From an uncultured Candidatus Saccharibacteria bacterium (GTDB lineage Bacteria > Patescibacteriota > Minisyncoccia > Phycocordibacterales > UBA5272): a stretch of DNA of 64,000 nucleotides. A program made the translations under genes and the position numbers. Location of the stretch: assembly GCA_964457775.1 (NCBI GenBank), contig CAYWEW010000007.1, positions 6,961 through 70,960 of the forward strand, in the 5' to 3' direction. Positions 48,877 to 58,176 of the stretch are shown here, in pieces. The notes below the pieces were generated by a model, which had not been told where the DNA came from, made no database searches, and saw only the letters and a program-made list of their open reading frames with translations. The first letter of the stretch is position 1, and the number at the start of each line of letters is the position of its first letter.

Positions 48877-49344
48877 ATGTCATCTGTTGAGATACTTCAC
48901 ATTAAAGACGAAGTTTATGTTTCCATTGGAAAATTAATTTTAACTTTCTCTCAAATAGAATGGTTAATGTCAAATGCAATACTTTTTGGAAAAACTTTAC
49001 CTCATGAATATATAAAAATTAAAGATTTAAAAATAACCCAAGAGTATTTTTTAGTTTTACTCAAGTTAAATTTTTCAAGAAAAATAGAATTACTAAATAA
49101 ACTTGGTTTTAATTGTGAGACATTGAGACAGATAGGAGATTATAGAAATACAATGACACATGGTTTATTATTCCGTGGCACTGTTAAAAATTTATCTAAA
49201 CCAGAAAGTAATGCTGAGCAACTAGATAGTTCTAATATTATTGCAAATATTAATTTATTAGAAAAAGAAGGTGGAAAATTAATTGATTTTATTACTTCAA
49301 AAGGCCATGTATTATTGTCAGAAGTAGATAAAAAAATAATTTGA
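48877..49344 (+). CDS. Hypothetical protein, possible HEPN domain
   Basis: IG.L...FSQIE helix and RNTMTH (RxxxxH) motif; very AT-rich. Confidence 0.6.
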   Translation: MSSVEILHIKDEVYVSIGKLILTFSQIEWLMSNAILFGKTLPHEYIKIKDLKITQEYFLVLLKLNFSRKIELLNKLGFNCETLRQIGDYRNTMTHGLLFRGTVKNLSKPESNAEQLDSSNIIANINLLEKEGGKLIDFITSKGHVLLSEVDKKII

Positions 49345-49360
49345 GGTATAATACAACTCT

Positions 49361-49921
49361 ATGAATATAAAAAATATTGAAATTATTGGTGTGGTGTTGG
49401 GGGTTGTTTTGACTGGGTGGTTTTTGATGAGTATTATGCAGGGGTCAAAGGTAACTACAGAGGCAACATCGGTAAGTGATGTTAAGACAAATACAACAGC
49501 AGAAACAAAGGTTGAAACAAAAGTAGAACAACCAAATGCAACAACAAATAATAATACAAATTTAAATACAAATAAAACTATGACAAAAGTAACAGAATTA
49601 ATAATGGAAGATGAGGTGGTAGGAACAGGTGCAGTAGCAAAAGCGGGAGACAGTGTAACTGTACATTATGTTGGAACACTTATGGACGGAACAGTTTTCG
49701 ATGCATCTAAACCAAGAGGCAATCAAGGATTCACATTTACATTAGGTGCTGGTCAAGTTATCAAAGGATGGGATGTCGGTGTTGCAGGAATGAAAGTGGG
49801 CGGCAAGCGTAAGCTGACTATTCCATCTGACATGGCATATGGTAATCAAGCAGTAGGTGGTGTTATTCCAGCGAACTCAGACCTAATCTTTGAAGTAGAA
49901 CTTCTAAGTACAGGCAAGTAA
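49361..49921 (+). CDS. FKBP-type peptidyl-prolyl isomerase, membrane-anchored
   Basis: VHYVGTL.DG.VFD, VIKGWD.GV.GMKVGGKRKL.IP..MAYG, IPANS.L.FEVEL. Confidence 0.95.
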   Translation: MNIKNIEIIGVVLGVVLTGWFLMSIMQGSKVTTEATSVSDVKTNTTAETKVETKVEQPNATTNNNTNLNTNKTMTKVTELIMEDEVVGTGAVAKAGDSVTVHYVGTLMDGTVFDASKPRGNQGFTFTLGAGQVIKGWDVGVAGMKVGGKRKLTIPSDMAYGNQAVGGVIPANSDLIFEVELLSTGK

Positions 49922-49942
49922 ATTTTAGGTTTTAAAATAAGT

Positions 49943-49985
49943 TATAAAATAAGAGCAACTACGAAGTAGTTGCTCTTATTTTATA
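49943..49985. terminator. Perfect 20-bp hairpin
   Basis: TATAAAATAAGAGCAACTAC-gaa-GTAGTTGCTCTTATTTTATA. Confidence 0.7.
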
Positions 49986-50005
49986 TAGACAAGCTGTTAG
50001 TATAT

Positions 50006-50210
50006 AAAAAAGCGAGGTAAAGGTTTCCCTTTATCTCGCTTTCAAGTTCAGATACCTGGACCCATAAGTGACCACGGCACTATTCTGGACTTATCAGGTT
50101 ATCTTAAGCAAGGCAAACGAATCAGCTCATTATCCGATTGTCCATCTTTCGATGGAAGTTTGAGGCGACGTTAATGCGTTGCGTGGCTGGTAGTTGATAA
50201 AGGCCTTCTA
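50006..50210 (-). ncRNA. Candidate ~200-nt structured ncRNA (raiA-motif-like landmarks)
   Basis: GC-richer ORF-free island; TGaTAAAAT -10 at 50225-50217; two GAAA-tetraloop hairpins on -; terminal hairpin plus U6. Confidence 0.55.
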
Positions 50211-50318
50211 ATCACTATTTTATCATATAGTAGTATTTTTTAATATTTATTTGGGGATAGTAAATTAGCTAACAGCTAAAGGCTACTAGCTAAAAGCTCT
50301 ATCTGATATACTATATTC

Positions 50319-51263
50319 ATGATAAAAGGATCTCGTAGTCTTCCAGATATTGCAGTGCTTCGTGGAGGTAAAAAAGAATTTAAACAATCCCTAGCAGAAG
50401 GGGCTGAAGTTCTTACTTCTCTTACAAAATTAGGATATCAACCACTAGATGTACTTATTGACGGAGAGGGGAATTGGACTTGTAAAGGAAAGCCGACAGA
50501 TGCGCATATGATTTTTACTACAGCTCACACTGTTGTTGACACCACAAGAACTAAAGGAGAAAAGTATCATGAATTAGCCAAGAAGATGAATGTACCACTT
50601 CTTTTTTCTCAAGCACACGATGTACATTTGGACAGAGAGGATATGTATAAAATATTAAGACAACAAGGAGTAAAAGTCCCAGATACAGTTGTAGTAAGAG
50701 CCAAGGCTCCACTTAAGGATAGTCTGTTCCGTGATTTATGGTCGAAGTATCACACACCACTTTTGGTTAGACCACTAAAAAGAAATGATGAAGCACCTTC
50801 AAGATTAATAAAATTATTTTCTGATTTAGAAAAAACAATACGCGATTATCATCGTAAGGGTATTGATATGCACATCATGACATATCGCAAAGCGCCAACA
50901 CTTTCTATTGCCTTACTACCAAACTTTCGTAATCAAAGTTTATATGTTCCAGTTTGGGTTGAAACTTTTAATATAGAAAATGAAATCCCGAACCGTGATT
51001 CTATTGTTCGCGCACATTTACAAGCGCCACAAGATAAGAAGAATGCAATGAAAGACCTAGCAACCAAAGTGTATAAGGCACTAGATTTATCTGGACCGGC
51101 TACAGTTGATGTTATTCATTATAATAATGAACATGTTGTTGTGAATGTTGATACATCTCCTTCACTTAGAAAAGATGGTAGATTTATGCAAGCACTTGAG
51201 ACAACAGGAGCTGACGCAGGGCACTATATCCATTCACATATACAAAACGAATTCGAGAAGTAA
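50319..51263 (+). CDS. Degenerate D-Ala-D-Ala ligase-like ATP-grasp protein
   Basis: IAVLRGG...E...SL..G N-terminus, GVKVP, PLLVRP, KVYKALDLSG...VD; catalytic EVN replaced by NVD. Confidence 0.7.
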   Translation: MIKGSRSLPDIAVLRGGKKEFKQSLAEGAEVLTSLTKLGYQPLDVLIDGEGNWTCKGKPTDAHMIFTTAHTVVDTTRTKGEKYHELAKKMNVPLLFSQAHDVHLDREDMYKILRQQGVKVPDTVVVRAKAPLKDSLFRDLWSKYHTPLLVRPLKRNDEAPSRLIKLFSDLEKTIRDYHRKGIDMHIMTYRKAPTLSIALLPNFRNQSLYVPVWVETFNIENEIPNRDSIVRAHLQAPQDKKNAMKDLATKVYKALDLSGPATVDVIHYNNEHVVVNVDTSPSLRKDGRFMQALETTGADAGHYIHSHIQNEFEK

Positions 51264-51293
51264 AATATCTTTTGCTTTTTAATAAATTCAAAT

Positions 51294-51701
51294 TTAATCA
51301 GCGAAATATTTTTCTAGTATTTTAAAATAAGTATTCCCATCATCTAGTTTTTTATAATTATCTTTTGTAACCCAAGAAAAGTTGGAGTGTTCATCACTCA
51401 TTTTGACTTCTCCAGAAACATAGTCACATTTATATCCAACAAGGAAAAGTTTATTACCAGCTAGTCTGTGTTCAGAAGGGATTATATAATTCCATGTCGC
51501 AAAAGGTTCACCAACGTTAATTTCTAATCCAGTCTCTTCCATAACTTCACGTTTAAGAGATTCAATTAAGTCAGTTTCATGTTCTTGAATTTTGCCACCA
51601 GGGTAGTCTACTCTCCACCTTGAGTCAGCTAGTACGAGTACCTCATCTCCTTTTTTGATAAAGGCTTTTTGTCCAACATAATATAAGGCATCTTCTTTCA
51701 T
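51294..51701 (-). CDS. Nudix hydrolase
   Basis: PGGKIQEHETDLIESLKREVMEETGL Nudix box, SDEH...W. Confidence 0.9.
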   Translation of the reverse strand: MKEDALYYVGQKAFIKKGDEVLVLADSRWRVDYPGGKIQEHETDLIESLKREVMEETGLEINVGEPFATWNYIIPSEHRLAGNKLFLVGYKCDYVSGEVKMSDEHSNFSWVTKDNYKKLDDGNTYFKILEKYFAD

Positions 51702-51769
51702 AGTTTTTTATTATATCAGAGTTTTGTATTTTTTTTATATCGAAATATGTTGAGTGTGTTTTAGTTCAG

Positions 51770-51871
51770 ATATTGAGTCAGGTACGAGGTATAGGAAAAT
51801 TTTTGACTGAAATGTACAGCTAGTACATTGAAAGAAAAAATTTTCCTATACCGAAGTAGATGGCGCAATAT
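51770..51871 (+). repeat. Palindromic repeat family, copy C
   Basis: GGTACGAGGT-ATAGGAAAATTTT..ATGTAC-agcta-GTACAT..AAAATTTTCCTAT-ACCGAAGTAGAT. Confidence 0.7.
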
Positions 51872-51888
51872 ATGGATAATAAAATATA

Positions 51889-52015
51889 TTTACCAAATAA
51901 AACAGTTTAAGATGCGAGGCGGAAGAAATTTTTACGACCAAGACGTACGAGTAGTACGTCGCGTGGAGGAAAAATTTCTTCCAACAAAGCAGATTGAACT
52001 GTTTTACAAGGTAAA
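51889..52015 (+). repeat. Palindromic repeat family, copy D
   Basis: AGATGCGAGGC-GGAAGAAATTTTT..GACGTAC-gagta-GTACGTC..AAAAATTTCTTCC-AACAAAGCAGAT. Confidence 0.75.
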
Positions 52016-52410
52016 GTAAAAACCGCCCCTCTGGTAAGTACGGCGGTTTTTACTTTGTTACTTTAAATATTAAAGTGACGTCTTTGTTTGATGCGTTACG
52101 GTTGCTTCTGGCTTCCGTTTTTGTTAGTAAGGTTTTAATTTACTTCCAGTTGTTTGAAGCCGCATCTGCTTTTTTATCGGCATCGATATTTGTGATTATA
52201 AGTTCACATTTATCTTCATAGACTCCAAGACCTATCCCTTGATATTCTTTTCTATAGTACTAAAAGCTGATAATGAAACAACTGTCTATACATAGTGTAA
52301 CAACTCATCGTATTATACTCAAGCAAAAGCAACAAAGTTATTCACACCCCCATAAAACAGTCAGTAGTGAATAGGGTGTAGATGGTAGTAGAATTCTAGA
52401 TATACTTTTT

Positions 52411-52456
52411 CTACACGCTACACGCTACACGCTACACGCTACACGCTACACGCTAC
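52411..52456. repeat. Heptamer tandem repeat (CTACACG)x6
   Basis: Six exact copies abutting the stop codon of the pseudouridine synthase. Confidence 0.95.
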
Positions 52457-53145
52457 TTACTAACTCCGCATTCAGTAAGTAAAGTTTCAACTTGTTTTGG
52501 TGTAAGTATATGTACTGCTCCAGACTTTAGGCCACGAACGACAAATGACATAATACGTACACGCTTAAGAGATACAACAGTTAAATTAAGTGCATTTAAC
52601 ATGCGACGGATTTCATGCTTTTTTCCTTCAGTTAAAATGATTCTAAGAGAGTAACCTTCTTTATAAATAGAAACAGATTTAACAGGGGCGTATTCAGCTT
52701 CTTGAGTCCTAATTCCCTTTTTAAGAAGGGTTACTACGCGGGGGGTTGCCTTTTCTCGTATAACTACTTCATACTCCTTCTCACGGCCATATTTTGGGTT
52801 AAGGAGGGCATCAACAACGCGATAGTCATTACTATAAAGCAACAATCCTTCACTTTCCTTATCAAGTCTTCCAAGAGGTTCACATCCTGGTATATTTGTA
52901 TTCTTGCCCGTTACTTCTCCACGAGGTTTGTTGTAGAGCGCATAAACCAAATCCTTTGAAATAGCTTTCACACGAACAATATCATTTTCGGAAACTTTAC
53001 TACCTAATGTTGCTGGCTTGTTATTAATAGTCACATAATTTTTAGTAATGTAATCATCAATAGTACGTCGAGAGCCAACACCTTCATCACGCAAGAAAGC
53101 GTTAATACGAATTGGATCTTTTGATTTTACTTTTATTTCTTTCAT
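52453..53145 (-). CDS. rRNA pseudouridine synthase (RsuA/RluB/RluF family)
   Basis: S4 domain, NKPRG, GRLDKESEGLL, KEY.V, LTEGK.HEIRRM. Confidence 0.92.
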   Translation of the reverse strand: MKEIKVKSKDPIRINAFLRDEGVGSRRTIDDYITKNYVTINNKPATLGSKVSENDIVRVKAISKDLVYALYNKPRGEVTGKNTNIPGCEPLGRLDKESEGLLLYSNDYRVVDALLNPKYGREKEYEVVIREKATPRVVTLLKKGIRTQEAEYAPVKSVSIYKEGYSLRIILTEGKKHEIRRMLNALNLTVVSLKRVRIMSFVVRGLKSGAVHILTPKQVETLLTECGVSK

Positions 53146-53150
53146 ATTTT

Positions 53151-54344
53151 TTATTGATGATGTTGGTGATTATTTGTAGGAGTGATGTGTATTCTCAAAG
53201 CATGAGATATTCCCCACAATATAACACATCCCAAGAGGATAAACATTATTTGTGGTCTTTCAATAAGTAGTGGCGCAAAAATAAAACCAAGACTACCAAC
53301 TAGAATGATTGATATTCCTCTTATATTCATAAACAACGCTGTAAGAGACGCATCCTCTGGGCCAATTTTTTTAAAGAAGGCAGTATATGCCATAGTTTCA
53401 GTAGCTGATGTACCAATACGAGAAACGAAGAAAAGCATAGCCCAAACAAGTGGATTGGAACTATTAAGAACAACACACAAAAATGTTGTCACTGCCATAA
53501 TAAGTAAACCAATGATTAGTATGTTCTTCTCACCATAGCGTCCATCTGCTATATGACCAAGCTCATACGGAAGGACAACAAGAGGTATAAGTGCTATCGG
53601 TAGGATATAAGTAAGATATGTTGTAAGAGGTATACCAAGCGTCACAAGATACAATGGAGAGTAGATAATCATTGTAGAATAAAAAGATTCAACCGCTAAA
53701 TCTGCGATAAAAATAGATTTTAAATTTTTATCTTTGGTTACTTTTCTCAAAGCGCCCCAAACATCAACCTTAGTATATGATGGTTCCTTTATGTGTGTTA
53801 AGTATCTGTGTAAGAAATAAAGAAATGGCAAAAGCACTAATGATGCGACAATATATAGTACTTTGAAAGAACTGTGTGCCAAAATAAATCCACCAATTAG
53901 AGGTGAGGCCAATACTCCTAAATTTAAAATAGTAAGGAATAGTCCACGTATACTTCCGGTCTCCGCATCTTTGCTAAAACTTTCAATGAAGATGTTTAAA
54001 CTAATATATAGAAATGATTGAAGAACAATGTGTATTATAAAAAACAACCCAATTACAAAAAGATTATCTGTGACAGCAAATGTAATAGTTGAAATAATTT
54101 CTGCAATAACTAGAAAGAAAGTGAATCCATAAGTATGAAAACGTCTTATTGATTTTGAAATTGAAACTGAAGCAACCAAAGTAGCAACACTAGCTATAAC
54201 GTATAAAGCACTCACATATGCAGAATTAAAATGCATATGCAGAAATGAAGAAGTTGCATACAAAGGAATAGCATAATGTAATGCATACAAAATCGTCAAC
54301 ATATATGTGACGAGAAGTAATTTATTCTTAAGTATAGAATGCAT
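53151..54344 (-). CDS. MFS transporter
   Basis: About 12 TM helices, G.IAD.RYGEK loop motif. Confidence 0.85.
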   Translation of the reverse strand: MHSILKNKLLLVTYMLTILYALHYAIPLYATSSFLHMHFNSAYVSALYVIASVATLVASVSISKSIRRFHTYGFTFFLVIAEIISTITFAVTDNLFVIGLFFIIHIVLQSFLYISLNIFIESFSKDAETGSIRGLFLTILNLGVLASPLIGGFILAHSSFKVLYIVASLVLLPFLYFLHRYLTHIKEPSYTKVDVWGALRKVTKDKNLKSIFIADLAVESFYSTMIIYSPLYLVTLGIPLTTYLTYILPIALIPLVVLPYELGHIADGRYGEKNILIIGLLIMAVTTFLCVVLNSSNPLVWAMLFFVSRIGTSATETMAYTAFFKKIGPEDASLTALFMNIRGISIILVGSLGFIFAPLLIERPQIMFILLGCVILWGISHALRIHITPTNNHQHHQ

Positions 54345-54401
54345 AATAATATAGTATATCAAACATAGTATGCATCTAGTAGTTGATAGCTTGTTACAAA
54401 A

Positions 54402-54440
54402 TTAATACTGCGCAACGCCGAAGCTGTTGCGCAGTATTAA
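54402..54440. terminator. Hairpin after rnj
   Basis: TTAATACTGCGCAAC...GTTGCGCAGTATTAA. Confidence 0.65.
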
Positions 54441-54466
54441 GTACTAGCGTTGGTAATTATCTATAA

Positions 54467-56389
54467 TTACACTGAGATAATTACTGGAATAATCACCGGA
54501 CGTTTAGCAGTTTTTTGAAGAAGGAATTTAGTTGTTGCTTCAACCACATCCTGCTTCATTTGGTCTAAATTCGCATACCCACCACGAGCAAGTCCGTCAT
54601 CAATAACTTTCTTTGTAAGTAGTCTTGTTTGATATAACAAGTCTTGCGATTCTTTAAGATAAACGAAACCACGAGAAATAAGATCAGGGGACTTCTTGAG
54701 AGTGTGAGTATGGCTATCGATAACTCCAATAACAACAAACATTCCATCTTCTGCAAGAGTTTGACGGTCACGCATAACTACATCTTGTATTTTTCCAACA
54801 GATGTACCATCTACTACAATCATTTCTCCCGGTGCCAATTCTTTTAGTTTAAGAATTTTATTACCCCCATCTTGAATTTCAATAATCATTCCGTTATCTG
54901 GGATAACAATATTTTCTTCAGGCATACCTAGTTTACGCTCTAGATCAGCATGTACGCGGAGCATGTAATGATATCCGTGAACTGGAATGAAAAACTTTGG
55001 ATGAACTTTACGATGTATCCAAACCAATTCATCTGCATTGGCGTGACCTGAAGAGTGAACATCAGATGTTTTGTAATGAATAATATGAGCACCCATACGA
55101 GATAGTTTATCTTTCAAGTTTTGAACAGCACGCTCATTTCCTGGAACTACTGACGATGACATGAGAATGGTATCACGTGAAGTAAGACGAATAAACTTAT
55201 GAGTCTTAGCTGCAATTCTACCAAGTGCCGCGAACTCTTCTCCTTGTTGACCAGTTGCCAAAATAATAATTTTATTTTCAGGATAGTTAGACATTTCTTC
55301 CAAAGAAATAAGTGTCTCAGGTTTAACCTTGAGCATATTTGCAAGTTTAGAAATTTCAACATTAGTCTTCATGCTACGACCTTCAACAACAACTTTCTTG
55401 CCATACTTTTCTGCAGTTTCAAGCATGAATAACATGCGTTCAACTTGGGAAGCAAAAGTACTAATAATAAGACGACCAGAAGCTTCTTTTATAATATTTT
55501 CTATGTTCTTATAAACAACATTATCTGAAATAGAAAATCCAGGGTTCTCACAGTTAGTAGAGTCAGCCATAAGCAAAAGCGTATTACGATTTTCGAAAAC
55601 CTTATATCTGTCTATTTCATCATCAGTTGGAATATTGTCATTATGTTCAAGACGAAGATCTCCTGTGTGAACGATATCACCGTAAGGTGTCTCAATAATA
55701 ATACCCATTGAGTCAGGAATAGCATGAGTAACACCAAAGAATCTAACTTTTAAATCACCAAATGTAATTGCGTCACCTTTTTCAACAACATTTATTGTAA
55801 GAGGGGAAAGATGAGGGAATTCTTCTTGACGCTTTCTAATCATAAGTGATGTAAAAAGACGAGCATATAATTGCGGATTACCAATACGAGGCATGATGTA
55901 AGGAATAGCTCCAATGTGGTCTAAGTGACCATGAGTAACTAATACACCCTTAATCTTATGCTTATTTTCTTCAAGGTAACGTGTGTTAGGAAGAATGAAA
56001 TCAATACCAGGGGTATGTTTCTCAGTGAACTGAACACCGCAGTCAACAATCAAAATTGTATCTTTATATTCAACCATACTCATATTACGGCCAATTTCTT
56101 CAACGCCACCAAAATGGATAATACGAATATTACCATCAGCTAATTTAGGAATATGACCCAATTCACTTTTTGCAGATACTGTTGTATCAAATTTAGGACC
56201 AACCATAGAGCGAGGTGGTCTATTATTCCTCATACGGTTACCACCACCAGTACGTGGACGTGCGTCGTGCGCTCTTCTAAATGGAGCTTGTTGAGGTGTC
56301 ACTGTTTGAGTTACCGGAGGTTGATTATTATTTCCTTCCCCTGTAGCTTCTGTAATGTTATTTGATTGTGGTGTTGTGTCTGTGTTCAT
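54467..56389 (-). CDS. rnj: Ribonuclease J
   Basis: GGVEEIGRNM, THGHLDHIG, HTGD, HSSGH, PVHG; disordered N-terminal extension. Confidence 0.95.
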   Translation of the reverse strand: MNTDTTPQSNNITEATGEGNNNQPPVTQTVTPQQAPFRRAHDARPRTGGGNRMRNNRPPRSMVGPKFDTTVSAKSELGHIPKLADGNIRIIHFGGVEEIGRNMSMVEYKDTILIVDCGVQFTEKHTPGIDFILPNTRYLEENKHKIKGVLVTHGHLDHIGAIPYIMPRIGNPQLYARLFTSLMIRKRQEEFPHLSPLTINVVEKGDAITFGDLKVRFFGVTHAIPDSMGIIIETPYGDIVHTGDLRLEHNDNIPTDDEIDRYKVFENRNTLLLMADSTNCENPGFSISDNVVYKNIENIIKEASGRLIISTFASQVERMLFMLETAEKYGKKVVVEGRSMKTNVEISKLANMLKVKPETLISLEEMSNYPENKIIILATGQQGEEFAALGRIAAKTHKFIRLTSRDTILMSSSVVPGNERAVQNLKDKLSRMGAHIIHYKTSDVHSSGHANADELVWIHRKVHPKFFIPVHGYHYMLRVHADLERKLGMPEENIVIPDNGMIIEIQDGGNKILKLKELAPGEMIVVDGTSVGKIQDVVMRDRQTLAEDGMFVVIGVIDSHTHTLKKSPDLISRGFVYLKESQDLLYQTRLLTKKVIDDGLARGGYANLDQMKQDVVEATTKFLLQKTAKRPVIIPVIISV

Positions 56390-56423
56390 ATGAGTAAAGT
56401 TATTTTATAAAGAAACATTTTAA

Positions 56424-58139
56424 TTAGTGAATAATATTTTCCATTAAAGTTATTAGTGGCTTGTAATATGTTTTTGGCCAAACATAGTCAGTGTGTCTAT
56501 ACCAACTTTCAATTAATGAAAATCTTGATGAATTATCAAAACTATAATCTGGAAGTGGTGACACCACTTTGTCATTGTTAATATATATAAGATAGGGAGC
56601 ATAAAGAAAAATTCCTGGAATTTCTTCAGCAAACTCTTTCTTAACATCATCATAAGCACTTATGCGTTCAAGTTCATTACTACTTGTTCTTAATGTTTCA
56701 AGATTTGTATCAAGTTTTTTACTTACATAATTGGATATATTAAGACCAGGATAATTTCTTTGACTTGAATGCCAAAAAGCATAAAGATCTGAAGGGTTTT
56801 GTGTTATTGTTCCAAAGAGCAATGCTTCGAAGTCTCTTTCCTTAATAACTGTTTGATTCAAATCAGCTACTTCATATATAGCTAAAGTAGTATGCACACC
56901 AATTTTTTCCCAATCAGATTTTATCATTTCAGCAACCTTCTTCATTTCATCTGTGTTAGAGGTGGTAAGAGTAATTTCCATTGTACTTGAAGATTTTTTA
57001 AGTGACTTATTATTCAAAAGTATTTCACGAGCTTTTTCAACATCATACACAGCATTAGTCACTTCTTCGTCAAATGGATACGGATCGTTTATAACTTTCC
57101 CGTACTTTAAAAGAACTTGGTCAACTATAGCTTGTTTGTTTATTGCCATTTGAAGCGCGGAACGTATATTTTTATCTGAAAGAATTGTTGCTTTATTCGG
57201 ATTGAAAAATACCGCAAAAGTTCTTGGTAATAGTGATGTATGTATAGAATCAAGAGGAAGTTCAAGAGTTTTTATTTTCTCAGGATTTACTCCGTAAAAT
57301 CTTGTAAAATCTCCACTATCAAAAGCACGAAGAAGATATTTTTCATTCTGATAAGTTGAAATTATTATATTATCAATGTATGGACGACCAAGAGTATATT
57401 TATCATGAGATATAAGTGTGAAAGTTTCAGGTATGCCAGAGTTTGTTGTAATCTCTTTTATTTTATAAGGACCACTTCCAATTGCGTGCAAATTTAAATC
57501 ACTTAAACTTATTTGTTCATCAGACAAATTTTTCCAAATATGTTTTGGTAGAATTCCGAGTGTTAATATATCCATAAATAGAGGGAACGGCTTTTTCAAT
57601 GAAAAAGTAAATTGATTGTCACTATCTTTTTCAACTGTAATTCCTTCCCATTCAACACGATGTGGGCTTTTTATTATTGGATTTTGAATTAAGTTAACAG
57701 TAAAAATAATATCGTCTGATGTAACATGAACTCCGTCATGAAATTGTGCGTTTTTTTTGAGAACAACGGTGTAATGAAGTTTGTTGTCACTTTCAGTTAT
57801 GGTTTGTGCCATATCAAGCTCAGCTCTCCCTTCTGAATTTTTTCTTGTTAGTCCAGCATAAATAAGCGATGTTAAGTCTTCATCTTGATCACTTGTTGCT
57901 AGTACTGGGTTAATGAATCTAGGGGTTCCAATTATTCCCTCGGATACTGTTCCCCCATATGTTGGAACAGAAATGAGGAATTTTGAATTGTAAGTAATAA
58001 TAGCTGAAAAGAAAAAAATAACTGACAAAAACAAAAACAGCCACAAAACAATAACTCTCTCAGGGGAAAGAGACTTATAAATTAAATCTACCTTACTATA
58101 AAATGTAGACCATTGTTTTTTATAACGTGATATGTCCAT
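56424..58139 (-). CDS. Peptide ABC transporter substrate-binding protein (family 5)
   Basis: EGIIG.PRFINP, FHDG...TSDD..FT, IGSGPY, R.AL..AINK. Confidence 0.88.
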   Translation of the reverse strand: MDISRYKKQWSTFYSKVDLIYKSLSPERVIVLWLFLFLSVIFFFSAIITYNSKFLISVPTYGGTVSEGIIGTPRFINPVLATSDQDEDLTSLIYAGLTRKNSEGRAELDMAQTITESDNKLHYTVVLKKNAQFHDGVHVTSDDIIFTVNLIQNPIIKSPHRVEWEGITVEKDSDNQFTFSLKKPFPLFMDILTLGILPKHIWKNLSDEQISLSDLNLHAIGSGPYKIKEITTNSGIPETFTLISHDKYTLGRPYIDNIIISTYQNEKYLLRAFDSGDFTRFYGVNPEKIKTLELPLDSIHTSLLPRTFAVFFNPNKATILSDKNIRSALQMAINKQAIVDQVLLKYGKVINDPYPFDEEVTNAVYDVEKAREILLNNKSLKKSSSTMEITLTTSNTDEMKKVAEMIKSDWEKIGVHTTLAIYEVADLNQTVIKERDFEALLFGTITQNPSDLYAFWHSSQRNYPGLNISNYVSKKLDTNLETLRTSSNELERISAYDDVKKEFAEEIPGIFLYAPYLIYINNDKVVSPLPDYSFDNSSRFSLIESWYRHTDYVWPKTYYKPLITLMENIIH

Positions 58140-58176
58140 AGGTGAGGTATACACAAAGGACTATGTATGTGCGACT

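Noticed and set aside
50006-50210. tmRNA, RNase P or SRP RNA
   Set aside because: A tag-like ...CTTGCTTAA is present, but tRNA-like ends, GAGGAAAGTCC and the SRP loop motif are missing
51828-52019. 63-aa ORF
   Set aside because: Lies entirely within palindromic repeat copies C and D
52060-52330. Possible gene remnant on the minus strand
   Set aside because: Only short stop-interrupted frames without a recognisable family
51770-52456. CRISPR array
   Set aside because: Repeats are either 7-mers without spacers or long diverged palindromes; no cas genes
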